64,000 nt of DNA from Schmidtea polychroa (Eukaryota): the NCBI GenBank assembly GCA_044892525.1, contig CM097887.1, positions 35,526,001 to 35,590,000 of the forward strand, read 5' to 3'. The stretch's first letter is position 1. The number at the start of each line of letters is the position of its first letter. The notes under the pieces were generated by a model. It was given only the letters and a program-made list of their open reading frames with translations. It was not told where the DNA came from and searched no databases. A program made the position numbers and the translations under genes. Positions 23,701 through 28,860 of this stretch are shown piece by piece.

Positions 23701-24709
23701 GACAAATATGATATTAATGATAATTATGCTTACCATGATAGAGTTAGTAACAGCTCATGGAGGGACGAGGACGATAAAAGAAACCAAAGAAGCGGAGAAT
23801 CAAGATAGCAAAGAGGACGAACTAAAACAAGAAAAGAAAAAGCAAGCACAAGAGCAGCAGTGGGATTTAAAGGAAGAATGGGACTTAAAGGAAAGGTGCA
23901 TACTAGGAAGATGCATGTCTAGAGCGTATCAGAAACTAGTACTGATAAATGAGGACACAGAACCAATAACAGAAGTAAGAATACAAGAAGCATACCGAAA
24001 CCGAGACGGGAAAAGAATAACGAACGTTAAAGGAAAAGAGGTACACCTAGGAAAAGGTGGCGAAGTAGTAATAACGCAGCTCCAACCAAGAAAAGAGCAC
24101 AAAGTCTGTATTTCAAGATTAGGACCGGGTGAGAGATGCCATCAATATGTGACGCAGCAGCAGCCCCCGAAGGAATATACGGTTTGTATCTGGAGAAACG
24201 AATCAAAAAGAGAATGCCGACGATACCCGGGGAAAAGAGGAAAGAAAAGGAAAAACCACGACGAAAAGGACGAAGGAGGAAAGCACAAGAAAACTGGTGA
24301 GGAAGCTCAGGACAACTATGTTTCGGAGGAAGAGATGGAAAAAATACAAAAGATGGCAAAGGAGGGTATGAACGAGGAAATAGCAAGAATACGGGAAATG
24401 ATGAAAGGAAATGGCAAAAGAGGAAACGAGAAAAGTACAGAAGCGATATCAACATTAACAAACAAGGAAAAACCAGAGAGTATAAGCGTGAAGCAGATGA
24501 TGTGGATCAGTGGGATAATAATAACAGGGGCATTCCTAATCATAACGGGGGGAACAATAAAAATAATTAAAGATAAACGACATCGCGGAGAACTAGAAAT
24601 GACCCGAATCAGAAACTTCCAACATCGAGTGAAACGACCAAGTGATATCAAACAAGGACAGTGGGTGGAGGCCTGGAACGTTCAGCGCCCTCCAAACTCA
24701 CGTATATAG
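10856..24709 (+). CDS. gag-pol: 4,617-aa Gag-accessory-Env-Pol-accessory polyprotein (single ORF)
   Basis: Uninterrupted ORF with capsid MHR-like RKQRANESITLY, 3 CCHC, protease DTG, RT YIDD, RNase H TDAS, and integrase HHCC + DDE + GPY motifs. Confidence 0.97.
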   Translation: MTNVVKTDEYKEKFRGEPFNGNANKLATFITNFEVYITVCGWTPEAISKRMPLFLCDSALEVYLEAKERDTKLEKWEDIKTFLKKTFGASKPINQALGELANRKQRANESITLYASELRRLAKKAMNGKLPEENLIGYFIEGLRREEVRASVGCQMCKTLEEAIDWATRCELHLPAQMNIMQEEGRIATAIAKADNGDNNNQEPKMNQFIPGAHQIFKPPQGRSNGNNGNRNNPNNENNFNNRRNMNDNKQCRTCGKPGHWDRDCYRNSNCNRCGRRGHTENVCQLRGCFNCGQPGHISRDCRERGQQQRPPQRNNNYIANPQRQSNPNEGKQMNVMQEISQMKQMMQQMMRPRQESAPQQTQNIRMMRSTENLNNYEVHQHVQEWQRLQAEEERIKQERNQQRQEQPLRINMMKLVKDMKSQYCYNYGKSPRVVPMTEPEKVKEITTEMKTENSTTISKGNQRIQKIFWKKIKDKIEKEHNKAKTETEDENNKSEEQTSQLNHQMLQESESEETTIFERKKLKRVPRMRNLQINMMKRTKDVASSDEEEDYVSSLGGEILQPNEISEPSKGEIKEEESGNEITSESEDEDIEIKLRKAREEAIKQVAEILPVVVRNQEFIDVIPFRRFVQKVMKLERNEKDLIPNEEKSIIKNYMEKMKQADTTRYVIKIGTSRGLERMWIKNTVTDELFDWIREHLGSSRKKEYLYQYQGEQIKPDMHLVDALIWPGETQILKLHKEKQPANLYDWAKDAKAEYDFNIKLKLEQIKQCTLRRNLDKLIKQIQEQVEDNWDLLITRRAPAMYELMSRLRDTEMLRMSDWRTINLIHKYGRLKETQPQRLEITIWLPNEEKRRIKMSNQSTVDDLVSKINQEITEKVRSESSDGMVDDVVMMYDKIILRAEDDTSLSEMGMWDNHQIIRIVPMDEFRTRDVTYQKEIRDRMKTLYQKSTEIIEIHQQWLKEKELQGKITKLNTRSCRRTPWERVWNAENKEWEIRKGIFVETDIGETESESEEEEEEPPEYEEEAREQTSDDESETDVTSESENEARHIHAMRKKEREYADMDGEEATEAREREEKERYKQLGDILAMGAKNQKRQVVALANIILKTSENIHNLRGMAKAIEEYRQYNEWYPEQLEQIIRKWRNQEWAQDTQERYHIRIKYPDKSIEELEVHPTTKIRELKKKLAYETPFHLQLFGKSLDDNADVGITPMRLEETNVLTMAETLGKPLKRKSKIIKPTKGSLSTPSPNKAPSKSNETEEVEEIILEDSDDEPGERSPLLVRWPTGAEMWTNNQPSTSYQQPTKLNIKEIIDNTTETETDEQFQKQREPTKVTPESQTDKIIDEWNEWLRNNDSSLPRTDNERNPNYENTREAGTMMEKRAKGRPKKQGEKSEFKTKEQLKQEQGQVRLEKLDKIVWDLKEAQPTIERGEKWIRELLKDMLIITNPQLRRLWQRKVASTEARQLWHTISGIIPRLIKEKTKTTKTDWDETKRVIEQLTTNANDDEHHLVVITYLMYNLMGLAARKIPNKQFANHVEMTVSIIENTIEPHIIRAGGWKRLIQAPRKNEQERSMQVRLKKLLNELEWELPMKDPASRKASINSLMMTMMIWMLCTSGATGFTIYDCDNMIMRDKYSLRDIEECRQASPNKLDIVRTKVTYHVYQESDFIRTQARECVVSKKVLAYYCGQYSYSTLILPGLDKEIVSIQREDCKELFRTGALKMHNGVTIHGQTGMIKTESVYVSGKVKSSDGSCNGGTYTIRGEVISGVVVIESYTVELKEYEAQFDANNYQMKTNPACKATENVCRTGVSTIIYEANTQKCRLQLLKSALFNEVKGEIYENENDEDGNDRVRMRNGKPMPPSPREKRLSTQKTPTALITDDPDLGMRFIKEKETTKCDSIVYKTNYAGIYMSRQIIDRAVGKIATEDVKLYLYANNKMDFLFHRGQTTLQKVYYDLIQNDCSLNKEILKTKLAIAITHPDNTMPSLPLPDGHFGRMVGEVMYTYQCTKTYARMPEKSILPEKRCANELEIRYKGQNRFVQPVTRIMNPVGFYPNLFNCSNAYGPLYERPDGKWMMLPGKTISEEPKKFGLIELATELDFKPIDVSNGGMYSPEDLETARLNVLFPARRESILSNMVTITGGTNYQSGPNYELLLSPDHFQQATSNMMKAMWGRFLVFGQMMAGILGIILIIQIVRVILTQMLACFDIYKREKKVNWKMIVGFLPFLAKTMVLHGHSKDIHRIKRLIKILTKIKGTDEEVGRRFRKVMYDEATRRQLKKNKPKFLDRFRSQSSNSDSDDDDNGNDKCLYPNRNPNEKPMETAPYWEKEKTNTWIANGSYIPPDIVGPQAALTMTQNMYPQLPSQPGMHYMPTRRTKSVDQADDVRTIAAMSLPGGPAVTVMIQINGKETNAMIDTGANVSAIAINQIPSKHWKDIESTTIHIIACSKETVDVVGRWWTTLRYQDNEIETYLAVIPKLSVPCIIGTDLMPELLKEVVIDLTTMCLKDKTGRICKMNAVIRCPEKIIVPAKSQMICQIKVDTGMEGEVIFEPSKSFEKRRELPLAREIITINQEGVIPLNITNFEEEDKIIYENEKLGRLTPMMDIELPKVTNEMIKDDELWTIDSMLLTNDEKKKLHRLLVEYKDIFAISDLDLGTCDVTLHAIPLIDETPIALRPYKLAEMQKEIAEAEVQKMLDAKVIEPSCSPWQFPVVMVKKKDGTQRFCIDYRKLNAVTKRDTYPLPDINEMLLMLQGAAYFTSLDLKSGYWQIKVKDEDKEKTAFTLGRDLYQFRKMPFGLTNAPASFQRCMNFVTHGIKQCMVYIDDLLIYSATFEQHLEDIRNVFIRLRQWKLKLKPSKCDWAKEKVTFLGHIVSAKGKEPDPRNIEKIKTCPAPKTVTQVQEFLGLCGYYRKFIKNYAGIAKPIQELVKKDISFIWEKEQQQAFETLRDKLIEAPILVHPDFKKPFLLATDASGYAAGAILGQLDDEGKERVIGYYSRTFKKHEKNYSVTEREALAIIQAIKHFRYLLWGHEICITTDHQPLVWLGQHKEASSRLMRWAMQLQEYSPFIKFKAGRANANADCMSRFIFPDLVDSEMQRICLIVAEDLDFCQLRKDQQEDAELKQIIDYVKTGKTEVYAKDQKLKEHMDKHRHRYIIEKDWLLIMDGEKRLMCIPENRRKELLTQYHDGRLGGHMSSKKTLARMKQKYFWPTLTEDVTEWVKNCLTCTTRKNTGSKWKAPLTPMPVPIEPMTMISMDVVGPLPESDKGNVYILVITDFLTKFPEAFAMPDQKAKTIAKILVEEICCRYGTPKQILTDQGTNFMSEIMSEVTNYFKIAKLRTSPYHPQTNGMTERFNGTLIQMLSNYVDRHQRDWDEYINLCLMAYRMSIHASTKMSPFKLMYGRECNMPMDLEYQPPISQYMEIDDYVTKFKERMQEIWETAGLNIKFYQESYKDLHDRKKNVKQHTFQTGDWVMIETPELIPGTTKKLQRNGKGPYEILFVGETNVRVKLVNNPFTRPIYVNVARCKSIPKTATSQPEGRTLTTRSQTYRMNMMQQLAEPITGRLGIQPSEAEKIVKEVKIRIPGWAKDRLDFEILGGLLTMIENYANRERTHPLLRVVKSQWPILFTITDHYGDTPLHKLMKVGNNEQILETIEAFHDCKRSTEQTNNQGYTPLMIAANRGKTKDIITALLDTGSKITTQDHERKNALHHAIEGRSTEAFTSLMELLSYEDNREVGNMYDGLLTATKEKLTTITGILITWRNPIRNDYMINVNEAFTRGENTLMREAMKGHHLFEIPNQLLERGIKFTNHKDEQLAKKRIDTFEKSLFQFTNQVRNKYWETVSVLYMMDTMNNIRENYLDIIQILTAEERINNPNGKKTKIRYGKSREPKLTTNQKVTNNVIETKSMSIDQEAIIRKAKEVFFEEMLELPDDIILSKIIKAVHTYARDQTTDLDIGKIKTFLPRAFTMITKDSRTPLQQAILAAKENRAITIVRILGEMGEETNTKNEQGETAMMYAAITKIHPKTLHILHQSGSKLDEKSNEGNSTLDWATIQPNLEMIRFICKNATKEEVENMCKNTSQFQWNTVRKNLEAMKLLLTWRVPQNNKYAINVNEFYENGENAMVKNTLTKGGTPKIILLVLNREDLKFTQNQNEQQRIGKHRRMQLRELVKEWNRKRHAATGRKEFEFEAKLARNRVLTAYRRLLNDINVEDDILNDSGGDKHDDNNGKGRKEDKEKREPEEGKPENKDSDTKREGNSPGTKTKEEEKSNNGKQRVCLPFTNKEIETNMILMIIMLTMIELVTAHGGTRTIKETKEAENQDSKEDELKQEKKKQAQEQQWDLKEEWDLKERCILGRCMSRAYQKLVLINEDTEPITEVRIQEAYRNRDGKRITNVKGKEVHLGKGGEVVITQLQPRKEHKVCISRLGPGERCHQYVTQQQPPKEYTVCIWRNESKRECRRYPGKRGKKRKNHDEKDEGGKHKKTGEEAQDNYVSEEEMEKIQKMAKEGMNEEIARIREMMKGNGKRGNEKSTEAISTLTNKEKPESISVKQMMWISGIIITGAFLIITGGTIKIIKDKRHRGELEMTRIRNFQHRVKRPSDIKQGQWVEAWNVQRPPNSRI
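12851..14515 (+). other. Three ubiquitin/SUMO-like beta-grasp domains within the polyprotein (12851-13063, 13370-13618, 14318-14515)
   Basis: The third copy, YHIRIKYPDKSIEELEVHPTTKIRELKKKL..LQLFGKSLDDNAD, parallels ubiquitin [41 protein letters not shown]; the other two share the pattern more weakly. Confidence 0.65.
15077..15540 (+). other. Bcl-2-like helical domain within the polyprotein
   Basis: About 150-aa helical segment ending IEPHIIRAGGWKRLI, matching the BH2 motif (WIxxxGGW); BH1 NWGR is degenerate. Confidence 0.6.
15640..17560 (+). other. Chuvirus (Jingchuvirales)-like envelope glycoprotein within the polyprotein: signal peptide, about 550-aa ectodomain, TM anchor
   Basis: Hydrophobic LMMTMMIWMLCTSGATG then FTIYDC..YSLRDIEEC..C..YCGQYSYS..REDCKELFRTG..DGSCNG..LYLYANNKMDF..YYDLIQNDCSLNKEILKTKLAIA..GEVMYTYQC..GGMYSPEDLE..LFPARRESIL..MWGRFLVFGQMMAGILGIILII. 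This is collinear with chuvirus G motifs (YDC..SLLDVxEC, HCGxxS, FAYVNSKF, CxLExxVL, GEVxxxxxC, SGIYTxxDL, MFPxE, WxxFxxFGxxSAG). Confidence 0.85.
18040..18350 (+). other. Retropepsin aspartic protease domain
   Basis: VMIQINGKETNAMIDTGANVSAI (DTG at 18086) and CIIGTDLM. Confidence 0.93.
18830..20100 (+). other. Reverse transcriptase and RNase H domains (Ty3/gypsy)
   Basis: SPWQFPVVMVKKKDG..RFCIDYRKLN..YPLP..LDLKSGYWQ..MPFGLTNAPASFQR..YIDD (19304); FLLATDASG..EREALA..TDHQPL..ADCMSR. Confidence 0.97.
20330..21420 (+). other. Integrase (HHCC, DDE core, GPY/F module)
   Basis: HDGRLGGH..CLTC; SMDVVGPL; LTDQGTNF; NGMTERFN; GKGPYEIL. Confidence 0.96.
21730..23040 (+). other. Two blocks of ankyrin repeats downstream of integrase (about 21730-22030 and 22760-23040)
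   Basis: GDTPLH, GYTPLMIAA..LLDTGS, KNALHHAI, RTPLQQAI, GETAMMYAA..LHQSGS, GNSTLDWA. Confidence 0.85.
23708..24709 (+). other. C-terminal type I membrane module: signal-like segment, FN3-like ectodomain, TM helix, basic tail
   Basis: MILMIIMLTMIELVTA (23708-23755); VVITQLQPRKEHKVCI resembles FN3 strands E-F (xITGLxPxTxYxVCV); TM MMWISGIIITGAFLIITGGTIKII (24497-24568) then KDKRHR. Confidence 0.6.
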
Positions 24710-24869
24710 AAAGGAATATGACTGTATATAATTGTAAAAAGTAAGTATATCTTATGTATATAACAGTACTATATCTTTATATAAGCGCGGTATCAATATT
24801 ATACAATAACGGGAATCATAAAATAAAATTAAATTTACATAAGAGTTGAAAAGTGTATATAAATTAGGA

Positions 24870-25229
24870 ATGGATCAAGGAAATAACGAAATGAACCACA
24901 ATACAGTAACTGAAGAATTATGGAAGCAACAATGTGCCGTATTAGCACAATTAGTGTCCAATTTGCAAGAACAAGGACTGACGATGCACAGAAACCTGAT
25001 CGAGAGTATGAACAGAGGATTTAGTTATTTGAAGATAATTGAAGACCAGAGGTTAAAAATCGAACAAATGCAAAGAGAGATAGAGAGGATAACCCAATAT
25101 AGCCGTCGACAGGAAATTGAAATAGACAGAATGATGGAGGAAGCAGAACAGACAGAAATAGAAGACTGGTCGGAATGGCTAATGAATAGAGAGGAGAGCG
25201 GACACGAAGCCGACTCTTCCGAACCCTAA
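24870..25229 (+). CDS. Small coiled-coil protein with acidic C-terminus (about 119 aa from ATG 24870)
   Basis: ORF in element orientation; heptad-like LKIEQMQREIERI; ttAG just before the ATG, TGTAAATAAA after the stop. Confidence 0.6.
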   Translation: MDQGNNEMNHNTVTEELWKQQCAVLAQLVSNLQEQGLTMHRNLIESMNRGFSYLKIIEDQRLKIEQMQREIERITQYSRRQEIEIDRMMEEAEQTEIEDWSEWLMNREESGHEADSSEP

Positions 25230-25314
25230 ACCAAACCTAGCTTAAAATGTAAATAATTGTAAATAAAATATCGAACCTGTATCGATAAGAACTATTTGTA
25301 CATATAATTATAGA

Positions 25315-26703
25315 ATGGATAAACGACAAAGAGAAGAGTTCAGAGAGATTGTCGAGCAAGTCCGAAAATCTACAACGATCAGAATACACAAACATGTTAT
25401 GTGCGGAATATGTGAAAAGTTGTTAAAGGAACCTCACCAAACGCAATGTGGATGCAGAGTATGTAAAGAATGTATCAGTGAAGCAATAAAGAATAGACCA
25501 CAAAGGTGCCCGGTGTGTAAAGAGACACTAATATCGAGTTTAGAAGATACTAACGAGGATAAAGCCGCAGTGAAAGACATGTTAAACACCAACCTGGGAT
25601 GCAAAAATGCCCCATGCGAATGGAAAGGAGTAATATGGAAGGTAGTACAACATATGGGAGCATGTATGTACAGAATTGGCCAGTGTGAAAGGTGCCATAA
25701 AACCATTCGAGCAAGCGAAGAAAAAGAGCATCAAAGGCAGTGTGAAGAGAGATTGGAAAGATGTGAACACTGTGGAGAAATAGATACGTGGATAAATCTC
25801 ACCCTCAAACATCACAATGTCCAAGAGGAGAGAGTATGTGCAGAGTTCAGTGGGGAATGCCCAAACGGATGTAACCAAGGGGAAATAATGAAGGTGGCAC
25901 AGCATCTAAGAGAATGCGAAAAGAAAAGAATGACATGCGTACTAGGTAGATGGGGTTGTCAGAAATTACTACACCGAGGTGAGTTACCACATCATTTAGT
26001 AGAAAATGCTTCAACTCACGCAGAAATGTGGTCGACTGCGTTACAAGAAAGCGAAGAGAAAGTAAAACAAATGGAGATAGAGATAACATCGTTGAAAGTG
26101 TTAGTCAAAGAACTACTAGAAGAAAGGGAAGCGTTCGAAGAAGCCCGAGCAAACATAAAGATGCAAATAAACCGAACAGAAATTAGTAATAATCAGGCCA
26201 AGGAGCTACATCAGAAAATACGGGAAATAAATCTAAATGAGATAACCCCAACAGCACCCTACATATGGAAAATAACGGGAGTAAAAGAAAGAATACGAAA
26301 AGCAAAAACCGGAGAAGAGACAAGAATAACAAGTCCTACATTCCATTCTTGGAAAAATGGGTACAAAATGAAAATGAAGATATATCCCAACGGGGACGGA
26401 ACCGGATTAGATACGCACTTTTCGATTTTCTTTCTGTTATGTAAAGGAGAATACGACGAAATATTAGAATGGCCGTCCCAGGCAAAAATCGATATTACTC
26501 TGATGAACAACCAAAGTATATATGAGCAAAGCTTCAAAACAACGGGGAATCAAATAGCTTACCAGAGGCCCCTCAACGAAGAAGGATCAGCAACAGGAGC
26601 ACCTACGTTCATCTCACAACAAAGAGTAGAAGATATGGCGAGAAATGATACCATATATATCAAGATGACCGTGAGGAAAGAGGAGAAGGGTAGAACGGAG
26701 TAA
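25315..26703 (+). CDS. Full-length intronless TRAF-family protein (RING, TRAF zinc fingers, coiled coil, MATH/TRAF-C), 462 aa
   Basis: CGIC..L.EP.QTQCGCRVCKEC..CPVC; C.N..CEWKG..H...C zinc fingers; GYKMKMKIYPNGDGTG..THFSIFF..KGEYDEILEWP..G.PTFI..NDTIYI. Confidence 0.95.
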   Translation: MDKRQREEFREIVEQVRKSTTIRIHKHVMCGICEKLLKEPHQTQCGCRVCKECISEAIKNRPQRCPVCKETLISSLEDTNEDKAAVKDMLNTNLGCKNAPCEWKGVIWKVVQHMGACMYRIGQCERCHKTIRASEEKEHQRQCEERLERCEHCGEIDTWINLTLKHHNVQEERVCAEFSGECPNGCNQGEIMKVAQHLRECEKKRMTCVLGRWGCQKLLHRGELPHHLVENASTHAEMWSTALQESEEKVKQMEIEITSLKVLVKELLEEREAFEEARANIKMQINRTEISNNQAKELHQKIREINLNEITPTAPYIWKITGVKERIRKAKTGEETRITSPTFHSWKNGYKMKMKIYPNGDGTGLDTHFSIFFLLCKGEYDEILEWPSQAKIDITLMNNQSIYEQSFKTTGNQIAYQRPLNEEGSATGAPTFISQQRVEDMARNDTIYIKMTVRKEEKGRTE

Positions 26704-26896
26704 CCAATCGAATAATGTTGTATATAATAATCTGTATATATCGGTGTATATAACCAATAAAATATTATATAATAATAGTATGAAAACCCTAAATACGAAA
26801 ACCCAAAAATGATGCGAAAATTCCCCAAGAAACAGTAAATAATGAATAAATTCCTTTTTCATAATAAAAAGATTAATCGATGTCTATGATTTAGAG

Positions 26897-27952
26897 ATGA
26901 CACAAGAGAAAATAACCGAAACTGCGATAGACCCAACCAAGGTCAACAAGACACAAATTCCCCGAGAACATAACAAAAAATGGAACAAAGTAATGTTCCA
27001 ACTAACTAATCTCACCCGAAATCACATCGAAGAAACTAGAGAAGATGAGAATGGTCAATACCAATGGTTAATACACAACTTAAGAGCGGAAGCAGAAGCA
27101 TGCAAAAGAGCATCAAAATGGGCGTCACTGGAAAATACCCGCCAAGAAGCACACAGCCACTACTTAAAGCAGCTAGTGCAGGAAGCGAGAAAGAGACTTA
27201 CCGATGAGAACACCAAGCGCGAAGCGGAAAAGCAAATAGAAGACAGGAAAATGATGCACTTAGTGGCAGAAGCGAGAAAATGGAAAAGACAAAACAGAGA
27301 AATGAAAAAAGAGATGAAAGAATTGCCCATGAGACTCGGATACGAAAGCGAACAAGGTAAATGGGAGGAGAATTTAATAATAAAGGAAGAATTGAAAAGG
27401 TTGAGAAAGGTCGCCGCCCGAAGCCAAACCTGGCAAACAAAGGCTATGGAGTTTGAGCGACATTTGGCAATGAAGTGCGACATAAGAGAGCACGAGAATG
27501 CCGCAATGGAAGAGATGATAACCCAACAAGCGGGACGGGTTGTGGAATTAGTAAATCAGGTAGAAGAGATGAAAAGAGACCTTAATGGATTACAAGGATC
27601 GCTGGAACAAAGAAACATGGTCCTAGCGGGAAAAAACAGAAAATTAGAAAACGAAAGGAAAATGTACACCGAAAATATTAAAAACTTAGAAATAGAAATT
27701 GAAAAATGGAAGGGCGACGAGAAAATCAAAGCCCTAGACAAACAGATAGAGGCGAAAGATGAAGAGACAAGGTATCTCACCTATCTGCTCGACGAGGAAT
27801 TGAATATCACTCGAGCTCTAAGAGACGAAGTTAGTGAATTGAGAGCTCAAATTCCCCAATATTACCTACCATACGACCCTATTGCGATACAGTTACATTC
27901 CGCGGTCGATAGTGATGAAGGTTATGTAGGCCAGGAGGAAACCTTCGTATGA
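26897..27952 (+). CDS. 351-aa coiled-coil protein, unknown function
   Basis: Long ORF in element orientation, E/K/R-rich helical composition. Confidence 0.7.
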   Translation: MTQEKITETAIDPTKVNKTQIPREHNKKWNKVMFQLTNLTRNHIEETREDENGQYQWLIHNLRAEAEACKRASKWASLENTRQEAHSHYLKQLVQEARKRLTDENTKREAEKQIEDRKMMHLVAEARKWKRQNREMKKEMKELPMRLGYESEQGKWEENLIIKEELKRLRKVAARSQTWQTKAMEFERHLAMKCDIREHENAAMEEMITQQAGRVVELVNQVEEMKRDLNGLQGSLEQRNMVLAGKNRKLENERKMYTENIKNLEIEIEKWKGDEKIKALDKQIEAKDEETRYLTYLLDEELNITRALRDEVSELRAQIPQYYLPYDPIAIQLHSAVDSDEGYVGQEETFV

Positions 27953-28121
27953 GGGTGGATGAAAAGATGAAAAACTAAAAACCGGGACGTATATCCCAAA
28001 CAAAAAAATTAAAGTACAGTAAAAGTATTTGAGGGACTGTAACCCTGTGTAAATAAAAACGATATAAATGTATAAGTATAAGTCGCACTGTAGCGCATGA
28101 TTAATTGTAAATATTATAGAT

Positions 28122-28820
28122 ATGAAAATCGAGGAAATGATAGAAATTATGAGCGACGTAGAAGAGGGAGAGATTGAGGCAGGAACAACAGAAACACAAA
28201 CGCTAAAGGCCGAGTTACGGGAAGAGAAATACGAAAACGGGAGATTAATAAACAAATACCTGGAGGACCGGAAAATGATAAAGGTGTTAAAGAAAGAGTG
28301 CGAAGCGTTGGGGGAAATAAAAAGAGAAACGGAAGAGGAAAATGAATGGCTACACGAACAAAGGAAGCGAGGGAAAAACTGGGAAAAGATAGCGGAAGAA
28401 CTATGGAAAGAGAGGGCAAGCTTCAAAGCAAAGGAGGTAATCCAAGACTACTGGAAAACTGAGGCGAAGGAGCGCCAAACAGCTATAAATAAATTAAAAC
28501 GACAACTAGAAGAAAACCAACGGGAAAGTAAAGAAATGAGGAAGTGGGTCCGCAAATATAGAGAAATAGAAAGAAAACATCAACAACAAAATTACCTGCA
28601 AGAAAACGAACAAGATCTCCTACAAATCGAGCTAAAAAGAAACCTTGAAAAGAAAAGGGAAGAAATTAGACGCTTGGAAAAAGAAATTAGACATCTAAAG
28701 AGAGAAGCCCGTGAAAAAGACCGACAATTGGAAATGCTGCCCGAGTTAAGACACAGGGTAATTAAAGCAGAGTCCACCTTGATGAGAATCGGCGAAAATA
28801 ATCCAAATCAGAACCATTAA
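28122..28820 (+). CDS. 232-aa coiled-coil protein, unknown function
   Basis: Long ORF, E/K/R-rich heptads. Confidence 0.7.
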   Translation: MKIEEMIEIMSDVEEGEIEAGTTETQTLKAELREEKYENGRLINKYLEDRKMIKVLKKECEALGEIKRETEEENEWLHEQRKRGKNWEKIAEELWKERASFKAKEVIQDYWKTEAKERQTAINKLKRQLEENQRESKEMRKWVRKYREIERKHQQQNYLQENEQDLLQIELKRNLEKKREEIRRLEKEIRHLKREAREKDRQLEMLPELRHRVIKAESTLMRIGENNPNQNH

Positions 28821-28860
28821 ATTAAGGGTCATTAAAACCAATTGTAAATAAACATAATGA

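Noticed and set aside
24720-28120. Baculovirus-like TAAG late promoters before the accessory ORFs
   Set aside because: TAAG/ATAAG occurs by chance in AT-rich DNA and is not at a consistent position; the YAG-ATG pattern is more regular
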